From: Thermotogota bacterium
GTDB taxonomy: Bacteria > Bipolaricaulota > Bipolaricaulia > UBA7950 > UBA9294
Assembly: GCA_039679545.1 (NCBI GenBank)
Contig: JBDKUT010000007.1
Coordinates: 1 to 17,580 of the forward strand
Reading direction: 5' to 3'
Length of the DNA stretch: 17,580 bases
Made by a program: the position numbers and the translations under genes. Below the pieces are notes generated by a model. It saw only the letters and a program-made list of their open reading frames with translations. It did not search any database and was not told the DNA's origin. Shown piece by piece: positions 1 to 8,884 of this stretch. Position 1 is the stretch's first letter. Each line of letters opens with the position of its first letter.

Positions 1-850
1 CGACGTCGATCCGAAGGAGCTTCGCCGGGCGTCCGAGGCGAAGGCCATCGAGCTTCTCGCCTGCGGAATCGATCCGGATCGGTCGATCCTGTTCGTGCAG
101 TCCGACGTCCCCGCCCACACCGAGCTCTGTTGGATCTGCGGGTGCGTCACGTCGTACGGCGACCTGTCCCGAATGACGCAGTTCAAGGACAAGTCGGACA
201 AGCAGGAGTTCGTGTCCGCCGGCTTGTTCACGTACCCGATTCTCCAGGCGGCCGACATCATCATCTACCGCGCCGACGGGGTGCCGGTGGGGGAGGACCA
301 GGTTCAGCACCTCGAGCTGTCACGGCGGATCGCACGCCGGTTCAACTCCCGTTTCGGCGAGTACTTCCCGGAGCCCGAGCCGATCGTGCGCAAGGGTGCG
401 CGGATCATGTCGCTCGCCGATCCAACGTCGAAGATGTCAAAGAGCGCTGGGGAGGTTCAGTACGTCGGGGTGATGGAGCCCGAGACGTCGATCCGGAAGA
501 AGGTCCGGTCGGCGGTCACCGACGTCGGCCTTGAGGCCGGGGCCGCGATGTCCCCGGGCGTCGCGAACCTGTTCGAGATCCTCGAGCTCTCGTGCGAGTC
601 CCTCGGCGACGCGGCGACCGTGCCGGAACTCAAGGCCGAGTTCGCGGACGGGAAGCTTCTGTACTCACGGCTGAAGGACACGACGTTCGAGCGGCTGATG
701 GACGTCCTGCGGCCGATTCAGGAACGGCGAGCGAAGCTCGCGGCGTCCGGCCACATTGTGGAGATTCTCCAATCCGGTGCCCGAAAGGCGACGAAGATCG
801 CGTCGACCACGATGGTCGACGTCCGGCGCCTCGTGGGGCTCGGGACGTAG
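1..850 (+). CDS. trpS: Tryptophanyl-tRNA synthetase (5' end outside the window)
   Basis: Frame is open from position 2 (DVDPKELRR...GIDPDRSILFVQSDVPAH). TrpRS motifs present: GLFTYPILQAADI, VPVGEDQVQHLE, KMSKS. Stop TAG at 848-850. Confidence 0.96.
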   Translation, partial: DVDPKELRRASEAKAIELLACGIDPDRSILFVQSDVPAHTELCWICGCVTSYGDLSRMTQFKDKSDKQEFVSAGLFTYPILQAADIIIYRADGVPVGEDQVQHLELSRRIARRFNSRFGEYFPEPEPIVRKGARIMSLADPTSKMSKSAGEVQYVGVMEPETSIRKKVRSAVTDVGLEAGAAMSPGVANLFEILELSCESLGDAATVPELKAEFADGKLLYSRLKDTTFERLMDVLRPIQERRAKLAASGHIVEILQSGARKATKIASTTMVDVRRLVGLGT

Positions 851-876
851 GCAGCGGCGCGGATCGGCTTGCCTAC
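847..876. terminator. Hairpin at the convergent trpS/nrdG junction
   Basis: GTAGGCA...TGCCTAC inverted repeat that includes both stop codons. No U-tract. Confidence 0.35.
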
Positions 877-1577
877 CCGCGGACGCCGCCTGCGGCGACG
901 AGCGCGCCGATAACGGTCCACGCTTGCCGCAGCTCATCGATCGACAGAGCCGGGCGGTTTTCCCAGGCGGGGTCGACGAGGCGCTTCTCCGACGGAACGC
1001 GGAACGGTTGGAGCATGTATCGGCGTGCTCCGCGGATCCACTTCGAAATCTCGACGAGGTCCCCCTCGCCGAGGCCGGGGGCCACCGTCGTTCGAAACTC
1101 GTAGTCGACGCCGCTCTCGCGAATGGCTCGCATCGACGCCTCGATCGCCCCGACGTCAATGTTGACTCCGGCGTACTCCGTGTAGCGGGCGGGCGGCGCC
1201 TTGACGTCCATCGCGACGTAGTCGACGAGATCTCTCGCGAAGAGCGCCGACAAGACCTCCGGCCGCGACCCGTTGGTGTCGAGCTTCGTCCGCAGCCCGG
1301 CCTCGTGGACGGCGGCAAGGAACGAGCCGAGGTCCGGCTGGAGCGTCGGCTCGCCGCCCGAAACCACAACCCCATCGAGGAACCCGTTTCGCTCACGCAG
1401 CTTCGCCAGAATCGCTTCCGCGGCGAGCGTCGGCCCCTGCGGCGCGAGCTCCGGCAAGACGAGCTCGTGGTTGTGGCAGAACGGGCAGCGAAGGTTGCAG
1501 CCGACGACGAACACCAGTGCCGACATCCTTCCAGGGTCGTCGGACAAGGACAGCGGACTGAATGCCCCCACGCGCAC
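873..1577 (-). CDS. nrdG: Anaerobic ribonucleoside-triphosphate reductase activating protein (radical SAM)
   Basis: GCNLRCPFCHN (CxxxCxxC), SGGEPTLQ, KLDTNGS, DYVAMDVKAP, YEFRTT. GTG start after GAGGT. Lies directly downstream of nrdD. Confidence 0.95.
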   Translation of the reverse strand: MRVGAFSPLSLSDDPGRMSALVFVVGCNLRCPFCHNHELVLPELAPQGPTLAAEAILAKLRERNGFLDGVVVSGGEPTLQPDLGSFLAAVHEAGLRTKLDTNGSRPEVLSALFARDLVDYVAMDVKAPPARYTEYAGVNIDVGAIEASMRAIRESGVDYEFRTTVAPGLGEGDLVEISKWIRGARRYMLQPFRVPSEKRLVDPAWENRPALSIDELRQAWTVIGALVAAGGVRG

Positions 1578-1589
1578 GGCGACCTCGCA

Positions 1590-3692
1590 CTACGCGGACC
1601 GAATTCCCGTCGTCACGAATGTCTTGCGGTCGGCGAATTCGGCCCGCTTCCCGTCGTTCCACTGCTCGACCGGGCGGAGGTACCCGACGATCCGGGAGTA
1701 GACCTCGGCCGGCGATCCACACGTCGGGCACGCCCGGTGCTCCCCGGCGATGTACCCGTGCTCGGGGCAGATCGAAAACGTCGGCGTCAGCGTGTAGTAC
1801 GGAAGGCGAAACGATTCGGCGATCTTCCGAACCAGGCGTCGCGTCGCGTCGGAGTTGGGAAGACGTTCGCCAAGGAAGCCGTGGAACACCGTCCCCCCGG
1901 TGTACTTCGCCTGGAGCGGGTCCTGGATTCGCAAGGCCTCGTACAGGTCGTCGGTGAACCCGACCGGTAGCTGCGTCGAATTCGTGTAGTACGGGGTCTT
2001 CCCGCCGTGCACCTCGAGGTTGTAGATCCGAAGGTCCGGGAACCGGTCGAGGTCCTTCTTCGCCAAGCGGTAGCTCGCACCCTCCGCCGGCGTGGCCTCG
2101 AGGTTGTAGATCTCACCGGTCTCTTCTTGGTAGGAGCCGAGCTTATCCCGCATCCAGTCGAGGACGCGGATCGCGAACATCTGCCCCGCCGGTTCAGCCA
2201 GCGAGCAGTCCATGAGGTTCAGGAGCGCCTCGTTCATGCCGAGGATGCCGATTGTGGAGAAGTGATTCCGCCAGTATCCGCCCTCCGCTTCCTTGATGCG
2301 CCGCAGGTAGAAGCGCGAGTACGGGTAGAGTCCCTGGTCCGTGAGCTGCTCGAGCGTCTTGCGCTTGATCTCGAGCGCCTTCCGGGATAGATCCATCAGA
2401 GCGCCGAGCCGACGGAAGAAGTCATCCTCGTCCGCGGCGAGATACCCAAGGCGCGGCAGGTTCAGCGTGACGACCCCGATCGAGCCGGTGAGCGGATGCG
2501 CGCCGAAGAGACCGCCCCCGCGGCTTCTGAGCTCGCGGTTGTCGATCCGCAGCCGGCAGCACATGCTGCGAGCATCCTCGGGGCGCATGTCGCTCCCGAT
2601 GAAGTTCGAGAAGTACGGGATCCCGTACTTCGCCGTCATCTCCCAGACCGGCTCGAGGACCGGGTTCTCCCAGTCGAAGTCCTCGGTGATGTTGTAGGTC
2701 GGAATCGGGAAGGTAAACGGGCGGCCCTGCGAGTCCCCCTCCATCATGACCTCGGCGAAGGCGCGATTGAACAAGTCCATCTCCGGCTGGTAGTCGCCGT
2801 AGCACGTCTTTCCGAGCGCGCCATTGAGGACGACGGGTTCTCCCGCCATGAACCGCGGCACCTTGAGGTCGAGGGTGATGTTCGTGAACGGTGTCTGGAA
2901 GCCGACGCGCGTCGGGACGTTCATGTTGTACACGAATTCCTGGATGTTCTGCCGCACCTCTTCGTAGGACAGCCCGTCGGCGCGGATGAACGGGGCGAGG
3001 TACGTATCGACGCTCGAGAACGCCTGGGCGCCCGCCGACTCGCCCTGCAGCGTGTACATGAAGTTGACGATCTGGAGCAGGGCGACACGGAAGTGCTTCG
3101 CCGGGCGGGACTCAATCTTGCCGCGCACGCCACGGAACCCGCGGAGGAGGAGGTCGCGGAGGTCCCACCCTACGCAGTAGGCGCCGAGGGTCCCCAGGTC
3201 GTGGACGTGCACGTCGCCGCTCTCGTGGGCCGTGCGGATCTGGACCGGGTAGATCTTGTGGAGCCAATACTGCGAGATGATCTTGTCCGTAATGTGGGTG
3301 TTCAGGCCTTGAAGAGAGAAGGTCATGTTGCTGTTCTCACGGACCCGCCAGTCGCGGTCGTTCAGGTAGTCCTCCACGAGGGGCATCTCGTCGAGCAGGC
3401 CGCGCATCGCGCGAAGATCTTCGTGCTGCTTGCGATAGAGAATGTACGCCTTGGCGGTACGGGCGAGGCCGCGGTCGATCAGCGTCTCCTCAACGGCGTC
3501 CTGGATCTCTTCGACGGTCGGCGGCTCGCCGACGAAGCGCTGTTCGAGGGTGCGTGTGACGCGCTCGGCCACGCCTTGGGCGAGGTATTCGTCTCCCTCT
3601 CCCACTTCTCGCATGGCCTTCCAAACCGCGGTTGTGATCTTCGTTTGGTTGAAGGAAACGACGCGGCCATCGCGCTTGACGATGCGATCCAT
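1590..3692 (-). CDS. nrdD: Class III (anaerobic) ribonucleoside-triphosphate reductase with N-terminal ATP-cone
   Basis: ATP-cone (IVKRDGRVVSF...VEEIQDAVE), SMCCRL finger loop, CPEH...CPTC metal site, glycyl-radical motif YSRIVGYLRP. SD GAGGGGG. Confidence 0.97.
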   Translation of the reverse strand: MDRIVKRDGRVVSFNQTKITTAVWKAMREVGEGDEYLAQGVAERVTRTLEQRFVGEPPTVEEIQDAVEETLIDRGLARTAKAYILYRKQHEDLRAMRGLLDEMPLVEDYLNDRDWRVRENSNMTFSLQGLNTHITDKIISQYWLHKIYPVQIRTAHESGDVHVHDLGTLGAYCVGWDLRDLLLRGFRGVRGKIESRPAKHFRVALLQIVNFMYTLQGESAGAQAFSSVDTYLAPFIRADGLSYEEVRQNIQEFVYNMNVPTRVGFQTPFTNITLDLKVPRFMAGEPVVLNGALGKTCYGDYQPEMDLFNRAFAEVMMEGDSQGRPFTFPIPTYNITEDFDWENPVLEPVWEMTAKYGIPYFSNFIGSDMRPEDARSMCCRLRIDNRELRSRGGGLFGAHPLTGSIGVVTLNLPRLGYLAADEDDFFRRLGALMDLSRKALEIKRKTLEQLTDQGLYPYSRFYLRRIKEAEGGYWRNHFSTIGILGMNEALLNLMDCSLAEPAGQMFAIRVLDWMRDKLGSYQEETGEIYNLEATPAEGASYRLAKKDLDRFPDLRIYNLEVHGGKTPYYTNSTQLPVGFTDDLYEALRIQDPLQAKYTGGTVFHGFLGERLPNSDATRRLVRKIAESFRLPYYTLTPTFSICPEHGYIAGEHRACPTCGSPAEVYSRIVGYLRPVEQWNDGKRAEFADRKTFVTTGIRSA

Positions 3693-3734
3693 GGATCCCC
3701 CCTCATCTTCGGCCTGCCGGCCGAACCCCGGACC

Positions 3735-3763
3735 ATCCTAGCCACGGACCCTGAAGCGGACAA
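3735..3763 (-). promoter_or_regulatory. Putative sigma70 promoter for nrdDG
   Basis: Minus strand TTGTCC (3763-3758), 17-nt spacer, TAGGAT (3740-3735), about 40 nt upstream of the nrdD ATG. Confidence 0.5.
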
Positions 3764-3816
3764 TCCTAGAATGTGGGGGAGGACCTCCGCGTAGCTCGCT
3801 CGATCACGCGCTCTCC

Positions 3817-3845
3817 TTGTCATCCATCGGCAGGCAGGGGACAAT
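3817..3845 (+). promoter_or_regulatory. Possible upstream promoter for rpsT
   Basis: TTGTCA-N17-GACAAT. Confidence 0.35.
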
Positions 3846-3921
3846 GGTCCCGATTCCGGGAGCGAGATCGATCCCGAGTCCGAGGCGCGACAGCGCGCCA
3901 TCGTCGCTCGGATCGACGTTC

Positions 3922-3950
3922 TTGATTCCCGATGCGGCCGTCGATACCAT
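3922..3950 (+). promoter_or_regulatory. Putative sigma70 promoter for rpsT-secF-recJ
   Basis: TTGATT (3922-3927), 17-nt spacer, TACCAT (3945-3950). Confidence 0.6.
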
Positions 3951-4004
3951 CTACCGGCACTTGTCCTGCTGATCGGATACGATCGCAACCAAGAGGTGAT
4001 TAAG

Positions 4005-4265
4005 ATTCCGAACATTGCTTCCGCAGCGAAGCGGCTGCGACAGAGCGAGAAGCGACGCGGGCTCAATCGGTCGCGTAAGGCGGCTTTGAAGCGCGTCGTC
4101 AAACAGCTTCGACTGCACATCGACGCCGGCGAGAAGAGCGACGCTATTGCGCTCCTTCCGCAGTTGTCCAAGGCGGCCGACAAGGCCGCGAAGCGCAACA
4201 CGATCCACAAGAACAGAGCCGCTCGGATCAAGTCCCGCTGGGTGAAGAAGGTCCAGGCTCTGTAG
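4005..4265 (+). CDS. rpsT: 30S ribosomal protein S20 (probable ATT start at 4005; track uses GTG at 3996)
   Basis: PNIASAAKRLRQSEKRR...N and DKAAKRNTIHKNRAARIKSR are S20 signatures. SD GAGGTGA at 3993-3999. Confidence 0.95.
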   Translation: MPNIASAAKRLRQSEKRRGLNRSRKAALKRVVKQLRLHIDAGEKSDAIALLPQLSKAADKAAKRNTIHKNRAARIKSRWVKKVQAL

Positions 4266-4276
4266 GAGGCCCTCGC

Positions 4277-5188
4277 ATGCGTCCGTACCGCTTCGACTTC
4301 CTCGGCAAGGCGAAGTACTGGGTTGCCATTTCCGTGATTGCGGTCCTGGCGAGCGTCACGCTCCTGCTCGTCAAAGGCGTCAACTTCGGCATCGACTTCA
4401 CGGGAGGACTCGAGTTCACCGTGAAGTTCCGCGACCCCGTCGCGACGGCGGACATCCGCCAGGCGCTAGGAACGATCGACGTCGAGGAGATCGATCTGCG
4501 GACCAGCAAGATCCAGCAGACCGAGGGCAACAAAGCCATCATCACGACGAAGCTCCTGAACGTCGAGGAAGACAACGCAGCGATTACCAAGATCGACGAA
4601 ACTCTCCGTTCGACGTTCCCGGTCGAAGACATCAGCCGGCGGCTGATCGGCCGGCAGGTGAGCCAGGAGCTGGCGCAGAAAGGGTGGCAGGCGATCCTCC
4701 TCGCGTTCGTCGCGCTTCTCATCTACGTCTCGTGGCGATTCCGCTTGCGCTACGCAGTCGCGGCGGTCGTCTGCCTCGTGCACGACGTCACCATCGCCCT
4801 CGGCATCTTCTGCCTGTTCGGACTCGAGATCGACCTCGAGACGGTGGCGGCGTTTCTGACGATCATCGGCTACTCGCTCAACGACACGATCGTCATCTTC
4901 GACCGCATCCGCGAGAACCTGAAGATCGAGCGGAAGATGCCGCTCTTCGACGTGATCAACCTGAGCGTGAACCAGTCCCTGTCACGAACGTTGAACACGA
5001 ACTTCACCGCAGTTGTTCCGGTGTTGATCCTCATGATCTTCGGCGGCAGCGTGTTACGCGGATTCTCGGTCGCCCTGTTCACGGGAATGGTGGTCGGAAC
5101 GTACTCGACGATGTACGTGGCAAACCCGATCCTCTACGCCTGGGCGAAGCGCGCCGACCGGACCGAGCGGGCGAAGCAGAAGGCCTAG
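4277..5188 (+). CDS. secF: Protein translocase subunit SecF
   Basis: GIDFTGG, HDV, IGYSLNDTIVIFDRIREN, SLSRT, GTYST. Six hydrophobic segments. SD AGGAGG. Confidence 0.95.
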   Translation: MRPYRFDFLGKAKYWVAISVIAVLASVTLLLVKGVNFGIDFTGGLEFTVKFRDPVATADIRQALGTIDVEEIDLRTSKIQQTEGNKAIITTKLLNVEEDNAAITKIDETLRSTFPVEDISRRLIGRQVSQELAQKGWQAILLAFVALLIYVSWRFRLRYAVAAVVCLVHDVTIALGIFCLFGLEIDLETVAAFLTIIGYSLNDTIVIFDRIRENLKIERKMPLFDVINLSVNQSLSRTLNTNFTAVVPVLILMIFGGSVLRGFSVALFTGMVVGTYSTMYVANPILYAWAKRADRTERAKQKA

Positions 5189-6919
5189 ATGCGCTCACTC
5201 CTCCGCGAGAGGAGGGAGTGGCGGGTCGCCCCCGCGCCGGACGAAGAGCTTGTTCAGACCATTCGAACCTCGCTCGGTTGCTCGCGAGCCATCGCGGTCC
5301 TTCTCGCGCAGCGGGGCGGCACTTCGTGGGATTCGCTCCTCGATCCGACGGGACAGCACTTCCACTCTCCCTGGGCGCTCGCCGACATGGACCGTGCCAC
5401 GAGTCGGCTCCTCCACGCCATTGAGGCCAAGGAGCGAATCTTCGTCCACGGCGACTTCGACGTCGACGGCCTGACGGGAGCCGCGGTCCTCTATCGCGGA
5501 CTACGGCCCCTTTTGCCGCCCAACTCCGTCAAGGTCGAAGTGGGAGATCGAGCGGCCGGGCATGGGCTGTCGCGCGCGTTCGTCCTGCGGGCCATCGACG
5601 AGGGATTCACCCTCGTCCTCACGACCGACTGCGGCGTGATGAACCACGCGGAGATCGCTGAGCTTGCCGACGCGGGGATCGACACGATCGTCACCGACCA
5701 TCATCTACCCGTCGGTGATCTGCCCCGCGCAATCGCCGTCGTCGATCCGCATCGGCCGGAGAACGCCTACCCGAACGTGAATCTCGCCGGTGTCGGCGTT
5801 GCCTACAAGCTCGTCGTCGCGTTGTACGAGCGCCTCGGCCAAGCGACGCCGCTCGCGCTCCTCGACCTCGTGGCGCTCGGGACGATCGCCGACCTCGTCC
5901 CGCTGTGCGCCGACGGCGACAACGAGAACCAGCGGCTCGTTCGCGAGGCCTTCCGTATGTTGGCCGACGGCCGGGGATCGTCGCTCGGGTTACGAACGCT
6001 GATGGCGAAGCTCTCCATCAACCCCAAGAAGCTCGGCACGTCGGACTTCGGGTATCTCGTCGCTCCGAAACTGAACGCCGCGAACCGCGCCGGCGATCCG
6101 AAAGTCGCGTTCCTTCTGCTCACCACCGAGGTGGCCGATCAGGCGGAGTACCTGGCCGAAATCCTCCTCGACTACAACCGCGATCGGGAGATCGCGCAGA
6201 ACGACCTCATCGCCCAGGCCGAAGACCTCATTCGTGCGGAGGGGCTCGACCCTCAGGAGGACGGCCTTCTCTTCCTTGTCGGCAAGTACTGGAATGAAGG
6301 GATCCTCGGGCTTGTCGCCTCCAACCTCGCGGAGCGGTACCGCGTGCCGACGATCATCCTGTCGCGCGGGGATCGGATCTCGCGCGGCTCATGCCGCAGC
6401 GTCGGCGACTTCGACATCAGCGCGTGCCTCGAAGCTCATCGTCAGTTCCTGCTGCAGTTCGGCGGACACAAGATGGCGGCCGGATTCTCCGTATCGAACG
6501 ACGGGCTCGCGGAGCTCGAAGAGAGGATGTTCGAGTACGTCGCCGATCACCGAACGTCGATCGCGGCGTTCAACCCCGAACAGATCGACGTGGAAGTCGA
6601 GCTGCGCGACGTCGACCTGCGCTTCTACACGAACCTCTCTTCGCTTGCGCCCTACGGCCCAGGAAATCCGTCACCGCGGTTTCTCCTGCGCGGGTGCACG
6701 TTCGACGGGCTCGGCCTCGTGGGAAACCGTAAGCAGCACCTCAAGGGCCGCGTGTCGCAGGATGGACATGCGCTCCCGTTCATCGGCTTTCGTTTGGGCA
6801 AGCACCTCGACACATTCGAGAGCGTCGCCGTGGCCGACCTCGTCTGCCAGATCGGCTTCGACGACTGGCGGAACGACATCCAGATCCAGGGCATCGACCT
6901 CGTCCAAGCCGCGGCGTAG
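5189..6919 (+). CDS. recJ: Single-stranded-DNA-specific exonuclease RecJ
   Basis: HGDFDVDG, TDCG, TDHH, LAGVGVAYKL, LGTIADLVPL, PKLNAANR, GSCRS, FGGHKMAAG, PYGPGNP. ATG directly follows the secF stop. Confidence 0.95.
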   Translation: MRSLLRERREWRVAPAPDEELVQTIRTSLGCSRAIAVLLAQRGGTSWDSLLDPTGQHFHSPWALADMDRATSRLLHAIEAKERIFVHGDFDVDGLTGAAVLYRGLRPLLPPNSVKVEVGDRAAGHGLSRAFVLRAIDEGFTLVLTTDCGVMNHAEIAELADAGIDTIVTDHHLPVGDLPRAIAVVDPHRPENAYPNVNLAGVGVAYKLVVALYERLGQATPLALLDLVALGTIADLVPLCADGDNENQRLVREAFRMLADGRGSSLGLRTLMAKLSINPKKLGTSDFGYLVAPKLNAANRAGDPKVAFLLLTTEVADQAEYLAEILLDYNRDREIAQNDLIAQAEDLIRAEGLDPQEDGLLFLVGKYWNEGILGLVASNLAERYRVPTIILSRGDRISRGSCRSVGDFDISACLEAHRQFLLQFGGHKMAAGFSVSNDGLAELEERMFEYVADHRTSIAAFNPEQIDVEVELRDVDLRFYTNLSSLAPYGPGNPSPRFLLRGCTFDGLGLVGNRKQHLKGRVSQDGHALPFIGFRLGKHLDTFESVAVADLVCQIGFDDWRNDIQIQGIDLVQAAA

Positions 6920-6969
6920 CTTGCCGGCCCTTCGCGCAGTGGTTGGTCAGCGCGGTCCCGGATCGGTCC

Positions 6970-6997
6970 GCCGACGCAACGACTCATCGGCGTCGGC
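6970..6997. terminator. Hairpin between convergent recJ and mnmE
   Basis: GCCGACGC-N12-GCGTCGGC, a perfect 8-bp stem. No U-tract. Confidence 0.35.
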
Positions 6998-7026
6998 CTA
7001 GCTATCTGCGGAGCCGCGCAAGCGGT

Positions 7027-8385
7027 CTATTTCCCCACGCAGAACCGTGAGAAGACGGCGTCGAGGATCGATTCGTTGACGTCGATTCCCTGAAGGTCAC
7101 CCGACGCCACGTACGCCGAGCGGAGCTCCTCCGCGATCATGTCGGGCGTCAGCCCTTCTCGCATCGCCGCAACCGAGCGCGCGACGCCGTCCCGCAAGCG
7201 TCGGAGCAGGTCGCGCTCCCACGTATCGAGGAGGAGAATCGTATTTCGGGACGGGACCTCCCCTCCGAGCAGGAGCTCGACGAAGCGCTCGGTGAGCGCG
7301 GCGAGATTCGCTCCATTCTTCGCGGAGATCTCGATCCGGCCGATCGCCGTGCCGTGGGGAACGTCGCCAGCGCGCGCCGGAAGGTCGCTCTTGTTCAGGA
7401 CGAGGAGGGCCGGCACCCCCCAATCGGTCTGGATGAGGTCCAGATCTTCGTCGGTCAGGGGTTCGCTTCGATCCACCAGGAGAAGAACGAGGTCGCTCCG
7501 CTTCGTCGCCTCTCTCGTCCGCCGGACTCCTTCGGCCTCGACAAGGTCGTTGGGAGTGCGCAGCCCCGCCGTGTCGATCAGACGGACGGGAACGCCGCCG
7601 ATCGACGCCACCTCCTCGACCGTGTCACGCGTCGTCCCGGGGATGGGCGTCACGATCGATCGCTCTTCGGCGAGAAGCGCGTTCAGGAGCGTCGACTTCC
7701 CGACGTTCGGCCGCCCGACAATGGCAACGGTGAGCCCCTCGCGGACGACGGCACCGCGCTCCGCGCGGGCAAGGAGGTCGGCGGCGCGCGCCTCGATCGC
7801 CTCGGCGCGAGGCAGGAGCTCGTCGATGACAACGTCGAGGTCCGGGAAGTCGATGTCGACCTCGAGGTCGGCGAGGAGGGCCGCGAGGTCGCCGCGCAGC
7901 GCAGCGATCGCACCCGAGAAGCGGCCTCCGAGTCGATCGACGGCGGCCTCGAGCCCGAGGCGCGTCTGCGCGTAGACGATGTCGGCGACGGCCTGGGCTT
8001 GATCGAGCGAGATCCGGCCGTTGAGGTAGGCGCGCTTCGTGAACTCGCCGCGCTCGGCGAGGCGGGCCCCGCGGGCGAGAACAGCATCAAGCACCGCCCG
8101 CGTCGCCACGATGCCGCCGTGGCAGCCGATCTCGACAACGTCTTCGCGGGTGTATGTCCGGGGCGCGCGCATGACGGAGGCGAGGACCTCGTCGACCCTT
8201 CGACCGTCGACGACGATGTGCCCATAGTGGATCGTGTGGGTCGGCGTGTCGGCGAGGCGGGACCCCTTGGGAGAGACAAACACGTCGGCGGCGATGCCGA
8301 TCGCGTCGGGGCCGCTCAACCGGACGATGCCGACGCCGCCCTCACCGATCGGCGTCGAGATGGCGGCGATCGTGTCCTCGTGCAT
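7027..8385 (-). CDS. mnmE: tRNA uridine-5-carboxymethylaminomethyl modification GTPase MnmE (TrmE)
   Basis: DTIAAISTP..GGVGIVRLSG, YTREDVVEIGCHGG, GRPNVGKSTLLN, GTTRD, DTAG, NKSD, C-terminal FCVGK. ATG at 8385 matches the family N-terminus better than the track's 8421. Confidence 0.97.
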   Translation of the reverse strand: MHEDTIAAISTPIGEGGVGIVRLSGPDAIGIAADVFVSPKGSRLADTPTHTIHYGHIVVDGRRVDEVLASVMRAPRTYTREDVVEIGCHGGIVATRAVLDAVLARGARLAERGEFTKRAYLNGRISLDQAQAVADIVYAQTRLGLEAAVDRLGGRFSGAIAALRGDLAALLADLEVDIDFPDLDVVIDELLPRAEAIEARAADLLARAERGAVVREGLTVAIVGRPNVGKSTLLNALLAEERSIVTPIPGTTRDTVEEVASIGGVPVRLIDTAGLRTPNDLVEAEGVRRTREATKRSDLVLLLVDRSEPLTDEDLDLIQTDWGVPALLVLNKSDLPARAGDVPHGTAIGRIEISAKNGANLAALTERFVELLLGGEVPSRNTILLLDTWERDLLRRLRDGVARSVAAMREGLTPDMIAEELRSAYVASGDLQGIDVNESILDAVFSRFCVGK

Positions 8386-8400
8386 AGCTACGTCTTCTCT

Positions 8401-8479
8401 TCCGGCTCCATCACGACGCATCGCCCTTCGCTGGGGCCGGCTCCGGCTCCATCACGACCCGCCGCCCCTCGCCGGAGCC
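8401..8479. repeat. Diverged tandem duplication (period 41 bp) of the jag 3' end
   Basis: 8401-8438 vs 8442-8479 match at 32/38 positions by hand, including an exact 17-mer TCCGGCTCCATCACGAC. Confidence 0.85.
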
Positions 8480-8884
8480 GACGCTGTAGGTCCGGACGCC
8501 CGGGAAGTTGGCAAGGGCCACGTGGACGGTCCGGCGCTCGTGGGCCGGCATCGCGTTCAGGCGAACCGTCTTCTTCTCGCGCACAACCTCCTCGGCCTTC
8601 GCGAGGGCGAAGCGGATCAGCTCGGCACGTCGGCGCTTCACGGCGCCGTTAGCGTCGACGATGACCTCGATCTCCTTCCCCGACTTGCGGCGCAGCGCGC
8701 CTCGGAGAAGGTGTTCCAGAGAGGTCAGGACCGGGCGTTCTTCGGGGAGCGAGAACAGGTTGCCGACGAGGTTGACGTAGAGGCCGTCCTCGCCGTCCTC
8801 CTCGATCTCGAGGGTCGCCTCCTCTTCGAGAAGCTCGAGCAGTCGCCGTACGAACGCCTCGGCCTCCTGCTTCAGTTCGTCCAC
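8411..8884 (-). CDS. jag: Jag/KhpB (EloR) family RNA-binding protein, short form with KH-like and R3H domains
   Basis: R3H motif LNAMPAHERRTVHVAL...VRTYSVGSGEGRRVV. Sits between yidC and mnmE, the classic synteny. GTG start overlaps the yidC end. Confidence 0.85.
   Translation of the reverse strand: MDELKQEAEAFVRRLLELLEEEATLEIEEDGEDGLYVNLVGNLFSLPEERPVLTSLEHLLRGALRRKSGKEIEVIVDANGAVKRRRAELIRFALAKAEEVVREKKTVRLNAMPAHERRTVHVALANFPGVRTYSVGSGEGRRVVMEPEPAPAKGDAS

Noticed and set aside
3763..3778. NrdR box upstream of nrdD (ATCCTAGAATGTGGGG)
   Set aside because: It fits the 16-bp palindromic consensus only with an extra base, and I found no convincing second box.
756..8652. Long alternative-frame and antisense ORFs (e.g. 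756..1970, 2496..3794, 3479..4231, 7354..8652)
   Set aside because: Shadow ORFs of well-supported genes in high-GC DNA, with no recognisable motifs.
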